DNA from: Klebsormidium nitens
Taxonomy: Eukaryota > Plantae > Klebsormidiophyceae
DNA length: 36,678 nt
Direction: 5' to 3'
Assembly (NCBI GenBank): GCA_000708835.1
Contig: DF237109.1
Location: 129,990 to 166,667, forward strand
The notes below the pieces were generated by a model. That model was not told where the DNA came from. It made no database searches and was given only the letters and a program-made list of their open reading frames with translations. A program made the translations under genes and the position numbers. Numbering within the stretch: position 1 is the stretch's first letter; the number at the start of each line of letters is the position of its first letter. Shown here in pieces: positions 12,104 through 24,490 of this stretch.

Positions 12104-12984
12104 TCAACTCCTTATGGTCCAACACGAAAGTGCAGCAGCTTGACGTCCAGATACGTCTTCTGTTACCTGGACATTCTGACTCTGCATTCGTCTCCACCTG
12201 AATGGTACTGACTTTCGTCGGCTGAAGTCCGGAGAACAAGCCGACCAAACGCAAGGACGGGCATGTGTTGCTTGAGGCGTCTGGTATTGACCCGTCACGT
12301 TCGCAAGGTTGCTCGGTCGGGCCACTGTTTGTGCAGACATGCTGACTAGCAGTATCCCGCTTCAATGTTCGAAGCAGCCTGCCGAAAGCTTATCGCAGGT
12401 GTTCAAATTGAGCGATCCCATATAGGGGACACACCGTCCGCACTGGTGCATCACTTGCCACTCGCCTGCCTTCGCCAGCCCGTGCGTGTACGTGCGACTG
12501 CAGTGCCATGTGACGTGCAGCCTGCTTGAAGCCCCAGGCACCGGGGTGACCGAACTCCGAGCATGCAGAACCCTCATTCTTGTGGCCGGCCGCCCGCATA
12601 TGTGGTCAGTTGAAAGCAGCACGTGAATACTTGGATTGTAAACAAGACACTGACAGCCTGAGCTGAGCCTAGCTGGCTGCCAGCTGCCGGCCGGGCAATA
12701 ACTGCGCGGCGCTGCCTGATAGAATCATGGCATGTGAGCTTTTATAATGCATTGAAAGTATTGAGACGGACTCCGGCCGTGATTGATTGTGCCCTGCAAT
12801 TATATGACGCGTTTGCCCCGCAATCGAAGTCGGATATCTGGCACACGAGGTGCTGGCCCATGGCGGTTTCTCTGTGCGTGGCCGGCATATATGTGCAGCT
12901 GTGGCGCGCTAGCCTCAGTGCGACACGCACTGCGCATGGTCTGCAGCCCGCCCGCCTATGTAGCCTCAGTGGCGGCAGCTAATA

Positions 12985-13326
12985 CCGTACTCCCCGGCAT
13001 GATTATTCCGAATAAATTATAAATACAATTATCTGCATTCGCGGAGAGGATCAGAAATTCGGGTTTTGCATTCGGTCGGAAAGTGCAAATTCGGAAAGGT
13101 TAAATTAAACTAAGAGTTAAGTTGAATTAAAGCCGAGAAACCGCTAAAATCAGCCTAGCTTGAAACCCTTCTCCTAGTGTAAAACATAAGGTATTCGGAT
13201 TCGATCTGTTTGGTCGGAATCACCATAGATAATTCACCAGAGCTAGCCGCCTGTGTACGTGGTCGGATTCTTGCATGGAAAATATTTCTAGGAAATTCCA
13301 TTCGGAATGATCACCGAGGAGTACGG
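12985..13326. mobile_element. Non-autonomous MITE, Tc1/mariner superfamily (Tc2/pogo-like CCGTA ends), 342 bp, TA target-site duplication
   Basis: Left end TA|CCGTACTCCCCGGCATGATTATTCCGAAT; right end reverse-complemented TA|CCGTACTCCTCGGTGATCATTCCGAAT. This is a ~29-bp TIR with 2 mismatches and a 2-nt indel. TA at 12983-12984 and 13327-13328. The interior is AT-rich with no ORF. Confidence 0.85.
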
Positions 13327-13995
13327 TATTCAAGTTTTGCCGGTGCTCAGTGCACATGGGTCTAGCAGTAGCTCAAGTTCCCGGTCCCCGGCGCGGCGCG
13401 CGCTGGGCAGCCGCGCTCGCAAATCCGACATGCATAGTCGATGTAGCTTACATATACTGCATCATAACTTTTAGGCGGCTGCTCGCCAGATCCATGCAAT
13501 CAAATCTGACTATGGACCCGCATTCCAACGCAACCATTGAAATGTACTGCGTTCAGCGCGCCCATGCCGCAGGTAAATGTCGCACCGGCCTGCTGCCCAT
13601 CCGACATCATTGTTGCATTGATGTTAGTACTGGGCAGTAGACATAATTCTGGTCAACATGGCCCAAGAGCCAATTCGTGTGACACTGAGTGTAATTCCTG
13701 AGTCATTCTCAAGAACCAGAACGGGCCGCCGCATGATGGTATGAGCAGGCACGTTCTAGAGCACCCTCCTTACACTGCGGCCTGCACTAGGTAAGTGTAC
13801 ATACTTCCGAGTTCAGGTCGATAAGCTCTGAAAGGCCGTGCTGGGGTCATGCAGTTGATGTCAACAGCCAGCCAACATTATTTGCACTTGAAAGGAGAGG
13901 AGACAAACCTCCTATCCTACTTCATCTTCAAGTGCTGTATAAGCCCCGTTCTTCCCAAACGCTTTCGATCGACCTGCGACGAGCACAGTTGCAAC

Positions 13996-16900
13996 CTATA
14001 CTGACTCACGTGGCGTGTCCGCATAGTCCGAAGCTGCATCGTAACCCACGTCGTAAGCATCATGGTTTTGGATGTCCTCTAGCTGTAGGTCTGCGTGCTG
14101 GCTGTTCGGGAAGAGCGTGATGCAGCCGGGGTCCCAGGGGATGCCGCTCTGCGCTACGACCAGCGTCCACACGTACGGAATGAAGAACTCCTCGGGGTGC
14201 AGCTCCTCCTCGTACGTAAACCGCAGCTCCGTGAACATCTGCCGAGAGGTGTGAACGCAGTATCGCTTGAGCATAACTGTATTTGACTAGTTTCAATTTG
14301 ACGGACCGCAGCATGCGCCACTGACTTCGACAGAATGCTCTGATCTTTCTTCCGCCTTGCTGGATGAGTCCTCCATCATGGTGGCTCAGTCTTTTGCGGA
14401 ACGAAAAGAGATGCTTGTGCCATCCACAAGTCTCCAACGGAATGGTGAAGGCGAGAGGAGGCATCAGAAAGGTGAGAGAGCGGCTCGACTGGATCAAGAC
14501 ACCAGCGGTCTTCCGTTGGAAGGCAATTTGCGAGGCGGGGCGGGGCGCGGGCGTACCTTCATGCCCTCCCCTCGCCATTGTCGCGCGTTGGCGACGACGA
14601 CCTGCAGCACGCGCTCCACGCTGACCTCGCCCACGCTGAGGCGCGAGTCGTCCATGCGCACGTTGAAGAAGTCGAGCACCTGCGCGCGACAGCAGCAACG
14701 GCGTTGAAACCGCCGTCAAGAGCCACAACAACCAGCACCAGCGCTCAAGCTTCATCACAAGATTCTGAATACGCAACTGCATCGAGTCCGACCAAGCACG
14801 CCTCTAAACAAGGGACCCGCCAAGAAGCGCTTGGTGCCTGTCTGAAGACGAGGTCCTGCCAAAAGTCCTTACCGTGAAAATGTTTTCTAAAAGCTCGTAA
14901 AAGCGAGGGTGGTTTCGAAAGGGTTGGAAGAGTTCTTGTCGATGGAGGAGAGCATACACAACCTGCACAGAGGTGCAGCAGCGCAGATTTAGCTGGCGTA
15001 ACGAGCACGTGCAGAGGAGCGACCCGCAAGCATAGCAGCACCTGGGCAAGTGGCTGACGCACCCGCTTCGTCCAGCAACTCCCAAAAGGGCTTCCATCGC
15101 TTGCGTCCGATCCCTCTGTATCTATTGCGGGCAGACCACGGCCGGCATCGACTTACAGTGAGGGCCTTCCTCTCGAAGTGGCTATGGAACACGCTGTCAA
15201 AAGGCACCAACTGGACACTGCCCTGACGCAGCTTTCGGAAGTTCTCCCTGGCTCCTAAAGATTGACTTCCTTCATATTTAATGTACTGGGCCGCATCTTA
15301 TTTAGCGTTCTTTTGAGTCTTCTCCGGCGTGTTGGCTCCTCACCTCGGGGTTGCGCGGCAGGGCGTACGTCAGGATAGCGTTCATGATCTCGAGCACGAT
15401 GCGCAGGAAGTCGGTGTAGATGTGCAGCTCCGTTGGGACGCCCTCCGCGCCCTCGCCGCCGCCAGCCTCCGGCGCAGCAGCCGAGGGGCCGCCAGAGGCG
15501 AGGGACGCCGGGGAGGGGCCGGCGCGGGCCGCTGCATCCGACAGCCGCGTGTACCTGGACCACAACCAGGCGGCGCAAAGTGAGGTGAAGCCTAAACGTG
15601 AATGCTCGAATCATGTTTTCGCAACAAGCCTGGCTTCTCCTCAAAGTACAAGTTCCCATTGGTCGTACTGAAGGACTGCCTACTCAAGCAGTTAGCTGCT
15701 TTCTGCACACCCCGTGGTTTGAGGCGACGGTGGTATTTCAGGCTTAATCAAGAAGCAAGCCGCAAGGTCAGGTAGAGGGCGAGGCCATATGGCGCGCATC
15801 TCGCCCTCACTTTTTGGCGAGCATGTCGAAAAGGCTGACGAGGCGCTGCGCCGCATAGGCGTTGAGGTGGTGCGCGTGGGGGGCCATGTTGGCCAGCGTG
15901 GCCAGGCAGTTGGTGTGCAAATACACGTCCTGCGCAGGAAACAAGTGGGCAGCCGCTCAACGACTTCGGTCAACGAGTGGGCTCAGCGAAACACAACGGC
16001 AAGCGACCAACACGAGAAAAATACTCCATCGTCGTAACACCATATTCGTGAAGCATCAAAAATCCTTAAGAAAATTCCTGCGGAACTGAGATGGTAGCAA
16101 GCGCCAGTAAAATGGAGGAAGCATGTAGGTTTACTCGTAAGAAGGCCAGCAGAATCAAGACAGGTCCTCGTCAACGATCAGAGGCTACCTACAAAAGGTG
16201 ACCCCGTTCGACCAGCTGAAGGTCACTCGACGGAGGAGCATTGGGTGATTTGGCACTGACCCTGAGCTTGGAGAGGTTGTACTTGACGGTGCGGATGAGG
16301 ATGACGACCATGAGGCTGCCGAGCGAGGTGCGCTGCAGGAGGCGCTCGCGGTACCAGGGCACGCCGGTCAGCGGCAGCTTGTGCACGTTGGCGTTGAAGG
16401 ACGCGTCCTGGCTCAGGATGAGCAAAATGATGAGCAGCATGTAGATCTGATTGGGCGTGCGCGCCGCCGCGCAGTAGAGCACCTCCAGCAGCGGCAGCAG
16501 CAGCGTGTCCAGGTCGGTGCGCACGAGGACGTACTCGAGGAAGGCGGGGTTGGCGTGCAGCAGGCTGTAAAGCAGCAGCGTGCTTGTGTCCGCCTTGAGG
16601 CACGCGCCCAGGCAGTCGTACAGCCGTGCGTACGACACGCGCACCACCGCCCCGAACTGACCCGCCGGGCTCATGCTCGCGTCCACCGCGTCAACTGGAC
16701 ACGAGGAAGAGGATGCAACGGGTTAAAGGGTAGGCGTCAGCTGGCTCAAACGAAGTTATCAACACAGACATCTGTGTCATTGCCGTGGCTGTGCGCCCCT
16801 GTCGAAACACTGTGGCACCTTGCCAAATGTAGTCGCCTGGAGCTCGACCCAAATTATGCTTTCACAGCTGTCTCGCCGAACCAGGTCGTAAGTTCTTTCG

Positions 16901-18947
16901 ACTCACAGTCTGCGTCTCGCGCTGTGCAGAGCGCTTTCCGGAAGGGGTTGTCGACGCCTGCGCTCCCGCCGCCCCCCTCCTCGCCCGTGTGCTCGTCCTC
17001 CGGTGCCGCGTTGGCCGCGTTGGTGTGCCCGAAGTGCACCAGGACCAGTAGCAGCAGCAGGCTGTTGTTTGCAAGCGGGGTCTGTGGCGTGCCGGGGGGG
17101 CTCACCAGGTACGAGTACGCAGTGTACGGCAACAGGAACACGCTCGCTGCAGAAGAGGGCGGGACCCCGGTCAGGACGGTCATTACAGCACCTTCCCGCA
17201 TGTTGTGGCAGTATGCGGTTCGTTGCTTGCAGCTTTCAGTTGCCCAACTGGTGGAGCGATTGCGACCAACCGTAAACATCATCCTCTTCTTAGCGCAGAT
17301 CCCCAAAAAACGATCCGTTCGTGACTCCTCTGGCTAAGCAGGTAAAGCGCATCCGCTGGGGCTGCTGTATCTTACCCACGGAGGAGCCCACCCTGCGCAG
17401 GACTCCCGCGTTCGGGGCTGTACCGTCCTCCGGGGTGCGCGTGTACAAGGGGAGGCGGGCGGGGGCGGGTTGCTGCGCCATGTACAGCAGCAACAGGCGC
17501 CGCACAAACGGACCCGCCAGGTCGTGCTGAGGAACACGAGGAACAATCACGGGCTTCAGGACTCTTGCGAAGGAGGCATACCTTGACAGTTGAGATCCCC
17601 TGAGCCGGCAAGTCACAAAAAGCAACCACACTCTTGGGGCTGTGCAAGGGAATCGTGAAGAATTTGAGGGGTTGCATGACTACTTGGTGTTCGGAGTAGG
17701 TTCCCCTTACCTGCTGCATGGCGGCATCTAGGAAGAGGTGGGAGGCGGCCAGGCTGGCGGCGTGGAGCTGGGTGGCAAACATGACGAGGAGCAGGTTGAC
17801 GCACTCCAGCTGGAGCAGGTACAGCGCAGCGCTGCATCAAGGCACGGGGCTAGCAAAGTCAAGCATACCACACTTGTCAGAGTAGGGCCAGATGATTCAG
17901 AGAGACCGTCATTTTAGTCAAGGAGCCATATGCGTTTGACAGCAAAAGTTCCCAATCAGGAAACGGCACGGGAACCTACCTGACCTCCGTATTGGCGACG
18001 AAAGCGAGGAGTGCCCTGACGGTTGGAAGAAGCAAGTCTGCATAGACAGGTGAATGGGCCACGATCAGACAGACATCTCATTATCATAAAGTCCAGAAGT
18101 GAGTACAGGAAGGAATCAGAGTTGCTAGGGGCACTACAAAAGTAGGCCAAACTTTCCTGAGTGTATGGATGGTATAACTTGACCCAACTATGTGCCCCAG
18201 AAAGATTTTCAATTCATGCTCGACGAAGTGCCAGGTTGAATCGTAGGGCGCCACGCCATGCCATCTGCCTCTGTGCCCTGTATGCCGTGCATTTCTTTCC
18301 CGCCTCACCTGCGGGAGCGCCCTGTTCCCCCCTCATCACCAGGTGGCGGCCGATCTCCTCGCTGCTGTACAGCTCCACCAGGTGCTTCACAAAGAGGCGC
18401 GTGAAGTACACCGTGTTCACCGCCTTCACCGGCAGCTCCTTGGCGGACCCCGCGCCCTCCAGCTCGCGGATGAGGTGGATCAGCAGCTTGGGGAAGTGAC
18501 CCGTCCACGCATTGTGGTGGACTGCACGAGGGGCGTGCGTATCAGCAACAGCGACAGGAAAATGACGCCTCAGAATAGGGGAGAGAGAATCACGGAATTA
18601 TGGCTTGCTTAAAAACAACCTGAATATGAACGACTGCTTTTGTGATGAACGCCTCAGATATAACTGCCACCATCATAGCCTCCACCCGGGCAGCCAACAT
18701 GAGGAGTGTTGCTTGTAAGGAATGAGACGAGATATCGGGGCTTGCCCCAATTGCCCTCACCTAGTTGAGCACATGCTTGGCGGGTTGCGGCATCCACTTC
18801 CTGAGGATTCAGCTTGGAGAGGGGAAACGGGAATGCGAGAAGCTCGTTCCAAAATGCATCATCCAGTGGAATGGCATCTTTTCCCGTGAAGCGGTTTATC
18901 AGGCGCTGATGATCTTCCAGCACTGAGGTTGATTCTGCAGCGCCCAT
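13996..18947 (-). CDS. DYM: Dymeclin (Golgi-associated, N-myristoylated) (12 exons, 729 aa)
   Basis: Exons 18947-18761, 18521-18309, 18037-17980, 17831-17711, 17526-17376, 17146-16907, 16694-16261, 15929-15811, 15554-15344, 14962-14873, 14679-14557, 14238-13996; 2190 nt in frame. Family motifs: MGAAES start, [76 protein letters not shown]. Confidence 0.93.
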
Positions 18948-19720
18948 GATTGTCACGACGCGGCTGGACTTTCCAGATGCTGTGGTTGGAGTCCAACACA
19001 ATGGGGCGTATCCGGAGGGGTTCCAGACAAACCACAAATCAGAACACTGAACACTGCTTGAAACACCAATTCAAATGCCTAGCAGTCCCAGTTCATGAAA
19101 TGGTTCGAAGATCTTAAATCAGGGTTGATCGGTGCATGATGTTGTGAGCAAAAATGCAAGAAAATCCCTAAAAATGGCACCACATTCAATTGGAGGGTGG
19201 CTATTGCTCTGCGGCTATAAGCCTGTTTTCAGCCGACAGCGCGTCGTCTCTCACATGTTCTATGTGGCAGGCGTTCATGTGCTAGCTTTCAATGTTTGAA
19301 ATTTGCTTCCCACATTGAAGTTGGGGCACCCAATGTCCCGCTCATCACCACGCTTCCCTGCATCTCTTCTTGGAGGACCGAGGACCTTGGGCCTCTGCAT
19401 AACCGTTTCTTTTCAATGAATGAGCGCCCTCCCAACGTTCACGAGCGCCATCATCATGCGATTGTCTACCATGTCCCCACTACTACTGCCCGGCCATGCT
19501 TGAAGTTGAGGGCATTTTTCCTGGTGAAGCTGGTGACACTGAGTCTGAAGACACTTCTACTTGAACTAAAAGTTCTACGGTACTACTAGCTTGAGCTCAT
19601 TGCAGCTTGCGAGCGTGTTCACCTGGTGGGTCGAACACCTAGAGAGTAAGGAATGTGTACCCAGCTATAGATCTTTACGCGGAATTGTCTAGGGGTTCTA
19701 CCGCAAAGCACTCCCCGGAT

Positions 19721-20190
19721 GTCCTAGCTCTCGAACACATCACAGCTGAACTGCCAGTGCCGCAAAACGTACAAAGTTTGCGAACAGAATTCGGGAGAAT
19801 CGTGTTCGGACGGTACCGGACCAAATATGGCAGCGCACGGTATGCACCGTCGCTTCTCGTGCGGTACCTAGCCGCAGAAGCAACCGGGCACTCGTGGTGC
19901 TTTAGGGTTAAGTAAAAAAGCAGTGACGGTATGTTAGGGTTACGCCACTTCCCTGTGACGGTTTGTTAGAGTTACGGCCCTACCCTGTCACTGCTCTACG
20001 ATTAGGGTTCCTACTAACGGCTAAGCCACTGACCTTCGGGTTCTGGTGTGTCCTTCCTGCTACCCGACCACTTTCAAGTGTCCGAACAGGTTGTCCGTGT
20101 CCGATTCTCCCAAATTCTATTCGCAAACTTTGTGCCTCTTGCGCCAGTGCCAGTGCAAGCTCTCGTCCATTGTTGAGCACGAATTGCCAG
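19721..20190. repeat. Degenerate inverted-repeat (foldback/MITE-like) element with internal direct repeats
   Basis: 19771-19802 and 20102-20133 are reverse complements at 30/32 nt, with weaker extension on both sides. The centre has a 22-bp direct repeat GTGACGGTWTGTTAGRGTTACG at 19923 and 19955, plus TTAGGGTT motifs. Confidence 0.7.
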
Positions 20191-20728
20191 GACGCCACAC
20201 CCTTGCAAGTTGCATGATCCTGCCTTGGCTGCATCAGTGAATGGCGTTTCGCTAGCAACTCAGTACGCTGACATCTAAACGGCACGAGCTTGCCAGGCAG
20301 ACCGTCAACCCAATTGGCACAGGAAGGGCAGCAGTACGAGAGCAGCGGTGGGGAGAATTCTGCCTAGCTGCATCCGGTGGTGGGCTTAGGCAAGCACCCT
20401 TCCCCAGTTGAGAACAGGTATGGTTAGTCATGACAATTGTGCCTCTCCCAATGTTGCCTTTATGTAGTGTCCTGATCATACATATGCAAATGTGCATCTG
20501 ATTGGCCTTCCTGCAGGACTTGACTCTTTGCTGGCTTTCATGTTGAAGCATGTTCAGAAGTCGAGTCGGTGACTGCCTTACCAACCAACAAGCTGTCGTT
20601 CACAATTTGGCGCAAGCACCATGTCGAAACTCTATGCATTAAGTCACACTTCTGGCAGCCTTTGCAAGCATCTTTACATACCACCACGTGATCTTCTCCT
20701 TTCCTGTAGTGGCTGTGGCGCTGCTTAC

Positions 20729-23700
20729 ATGGCAGACTTCAGCACATCTTCCCAAAAGAAGCGATGGATTTTCAGTGCAGAGGAAATAGTGAGTTGACAC
20801 ATCCACTGCCACACTAGCACTGCAATGCCACCACCTTCATACTTCAGATTCTTGATTGATCTGGACTGTTGATGATCAGTCTTGGTGCCCATCATCTTGG
20901 CGGTCTTTGCGACGCCACTCTTTCGAGGCTCCTCTTTGAAAGAATTCCCTGTCCGGAGGGGAGGTCCAAGTGCACCACTTGTCATGTGAGCTCCCTTGCA
21001 ACAATCTGGAACATTATAAGCCATCAGGGATGATAGATACATGTTTGCACCAGACCCTGACCGTTTCAGTTGTGCATGTTTTCAGCATAGCAAGAGGGCC
21101 AGCTGCAACAAGAAGAGCGCAGAAGCTCTCATCAAGGTATGTAATGCTGAAAGAACCGCTGGGCCTAAGGTGTGCTTGTGGTTCTGCGCGCATATAGGCC
21201 ATGCTGATTTTGGGCTTTGATGAACATCAGCAAGTGGCAGCCAAGCTCTGTCTGCCTCAAAGTCTTGGCTGCTCTTTGCAGTTTGGCAGCACGGACCTTG
21301 ACGCTCAGGCTGGGCTTCCGGACACGGGCAGAGCGGAAGGGGGGCTTCCTGGAGCTGGGCCATCCCAAGGTGAACTCCCAACGGTCCCTGCACAGGAATT
21401 CACGATCTTGCAAATAGCCCATGTCAGCATGTTAAGCAGCTGTCTGGCCATCCCACTGCCATGCTGAGTGATTGTGTCTTGCGCTCCAGGCGGAGCTGCC
21501 CCTGCGCTGCCTGCGGTGTTGAGCGTGGCAGATGAGGCGGTACTGCGCCGGCACTATGAGGGCAAGCTGCAGCCCGTGTGCAAGGCCTTCTCCTTCCCGC
21601 ACAAAATACAGGTGACGCACTGGATATGGGAACTGCTCCGCTCGGAGCAAAGGTCCATAGCGATTCGTTCGCTCGTTGCCCTGTCGTCCTTTGGTCTTTG
21701 GCCATTCCGCAGACCTTTGTGTGTCAACGGTCCCATTCAGCAGCCCCCTCCTCCTCTTGCCATTCCCCCCCACCATTGGTCTGCCCTGTTGCAGGCGACC
21801 GCCCTTCTGTACTTCAAGCGCTTCTACCTGCACCACTCCGTCATGGACGTGGACCCCAAGGACATCATGTAAGCCACATAAGCAGCCCCCTCATTTGTTC
21901 TTTTCCTCTCCTTCTCCTTGACGCGGTAGCCCCTCGTCCTAGTCGTCAATCAACGGTAAGCAGACTGCAGCTGTATGGCGAACCTTATCCACTGTCAGGC
22001 TGCGCGCCGTCGCTGTCCTGGTGGGCAGGCTTTGACTGCGGCGCGTGTGGTGTTGGTGCTTGCCAGGTTGACGTGCGTGTACCTGGCGTGCAAGGTGGAG
22101 GAGAGCCACGTGTCGGCTGACGAGTTTGGCAAGGGCATCAAGCAGGACCCCGCCGCCGTGCTCAAGAACGAGCTGCCCGTGCTGCAGGTCAGCGCGCCTG
22201 CTGGCAGCTTTCACACATACCCTGGCAGACCACCGTCCGCAGCCTTCATTGGCGTCTGTTACTGGAACTACACATGTCTGCGTCAGTAAGATTCGGCGTT
22301 GTGGACAGCAAGTTGCGAGGGCCCTCGGCTGTCCAGGTACATGCAGATACTGGGTTTCAACGGTACTAGATGTAGGCGAATCTTGTACTGTTGGTCGATA
22401 CCGCTTACGATCATCGATGCTGGGCTCACCCTTCTGGTTGAGGTACAACCTGATTCGTGTCCTCCTGTTCAGCGCAGGCCCTAGACTTCGATTTGATCGT
22501 CTTCCCTCCGTACCGGGCGCTCGAGGGTTTCTGTCACGACATGGAGGTGAGGATCGTCCTGCAAAATGATTGCAAGCTTTACGTTCAGAGAACCTGAGCG
22601 AGGATTGCAGCATGGGTTCCACATATCAGTTGCCCCCTCCTTTTGATGGCCAAGTTCGTGTGTTGTTTGGCAGGGCACCGCATGATCGGGAACTGTTGTA
22701 CTGCCAGCTTGACCCTGCTCGGTATGAGACTACTCTGTGCCGAAATTATGATCCTGGTTTCGTGGTGCTCTTTATCATAGTCGACGGTTTGATGTTTCTG
22801 CGCGTGCACTCTTTTTGTTCTGGTCGATCAGGGTGCGGCATTCGGTCAGCCTGCATTCTCTTGGCAGGAGCGCAGCCTGGTGTCGTCTGAGGAGAGGGCC
22901 GCCGCGTCGACCAGCGGGCGCGACTGGCTCGACGAGGCCATGCGCACGGACGCCAGCCTCATGTTCCTGCCGGGCCAGGTGAGGCCACGCAAAGCGCAAG
23001 CAGGGACCAGGCACAGAATAAGAAGCGAATCTGTGCTCGAAGAGAACTTCTATCGATCGACTCCCATTTCCGGCCAGACTGGGGACACCATGTAGGGAGG
23101 TTCTTACTAATCAGGTTCGTCGATTAGGCGAGTGTGCGATCAATCGTGACTGGGCAGTTTAGTACTTGCTACGACCTGTACGCCTGCCATGTGGAGCATG
23201 TCGGAGACGGTCCAATCTTCTGCGCATGAGTGGATTGCTAGAGGAAAGAGTTGGATGTCCGCAACCTTTCATCAGCTGAAGGGCTCACTTCGATGACAGC
23301 AGGTCCGCAACAGTGGCGCAGATTTTTGCCCCTCCCTGCAGATTGCTCTTGCGGCCCTGCGTGTGTATGCCCAACGGGAGAGGAAAGAGAGAATCACAGG
23401 GTGAGCGCGACCCACGGAGTTGCCGAGACAAACTGCACCTGGTGTCGAAGTGTTGCCATCAGTGTGTGTGCACTAGTAGCGGGGCTTGCCCGTTTGGTCA
23501 CAGCCTGCTGCAATCGACGAGGGTATGTATCTCGCCAGCCGTTCTAGCCGCTGTCGTGCTGTGACCTGGCTCACCTGACTGCGGCTGCATTGGCTGGCAG
23601 GTATGTGAAGGAGACTTTGGAGCGGCTGCAGGGGGCGGAGTCACTGGACCGGCTCAGCGCCACGCTGGATGACATCACTGCCATGGTGAGGCCAGCAGGC

Positions 23701-24490
23701 CCCGGGGGAGCCGAAATGGCGACCCGTCGAATTGTGGAAAATAGCCCGACGTAGTCTTGTTGGGTGCACTGACTGCCATCCTTGCACACTCAAACGGACG
23801 CCTGCTTGCTTCGTATCACGCTTGTCCAGGAGGCGACACGTGTTCGAGCTCTTGCCAAAGCCGCCTTGCCGGCAAACTGCACTTCCTCAAATTCCCCGAC
23901 TCTCGCCGCATCCTCGATCGTGCAACTTTCAAGTGTTTGAAGGTCGTCGCATAACCCGCAGCGACATGTTCTTACTGCCCTTCATCCGGCAAGTACACCA
24001 GTACACTTTTAAAACAAGCGGGTGTGCCCCTCCCCGCCGATCCTGCCCCGCTCTCGCTAAGCGTGCCTGGCGCGTGCAGGTATCAAGTGCGGGCCCGCTG
24101 CCGGAGGTGGCGGCCGTGCAGAAGCTGGACCGGCAGGGCAAGTTTTGCCGCAAGCCAGAGCTGTGGCGGGAGCTCGAGTGAGGCACACCTCTCTAGACCG
24201 TTCAACACACAGGCTTTCGGCCAAGCGTGGGCCAGCACAGAAGCGCATGCCCACCACGTACACCCTGCGACACCGCTGATGTGCAAGACGAGGCCGCCGT
24301 GTTTGCTTGCCCTTTGGGGTGGTTTTGCCATCATGGTGTGAGCCGACGCGGTGAGCGTGCAACGCCGAGCGTGGGTTGTGCTTGGGTGTGCAGGAGTCGG
24401 AAGCGCGAGGAGAAGAAGGCGCGGAAGCAGCAGCAAAAGCAGAAGCGGGCGAGCCACGACGTGCAGTCGAGGGAGGCGCCACCCGAGTGA
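20729..24490 (+). CDS. CYCH: Cyclin H (CAK/TFIIH subunit) (12 exons, 344 aa)
   Basis: Exons 20729-20788, 21086-21136, 21282-21369, 21490-21611, 21795-21868, 22067-22187, 22478-22546, 22868-22978, 23342-23400, 23601-23685, 24080-24177, 24394-24490; 1035 nt in frame. Motifs [58 protein letters not shown] and [17 protein letters not shown] are typical of cyclin H. Confidence 0.93.

Noticed and set aside
12910-12971. 11-bp direct repeat TAGCCTCAGTG next to the MITE as a target-site duplication
   Set aside because: Both copies are on the same side of the element; the TA duplication explains the insertion.
14060-14782. 240-aa minus-strand ORF and similar long ORFs (16381-17337 +, 27848-28987 +, 9615-10349 -, 26545-27123 +)
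   Set aside because: Alternative-frame or antisense shadows of GC-rich exons of dymeclin, RBD1-like and NUP58; low-complexity translations with no family motifs.
19921-19976. Two 22-bp repeats with a 10-nt spacer as a possible mini-CRISPR
   Set aside because: Only two units, spacer far too short, eukaryotic context and no cas genes.
19655-20285. Opposite-strand ORFs sharing QSLRxEFGRI as possible paralogous peptides
   Set aside because: The shared peptide is a by-product of the DNA inverted repeat; no coding bias or splice signals.
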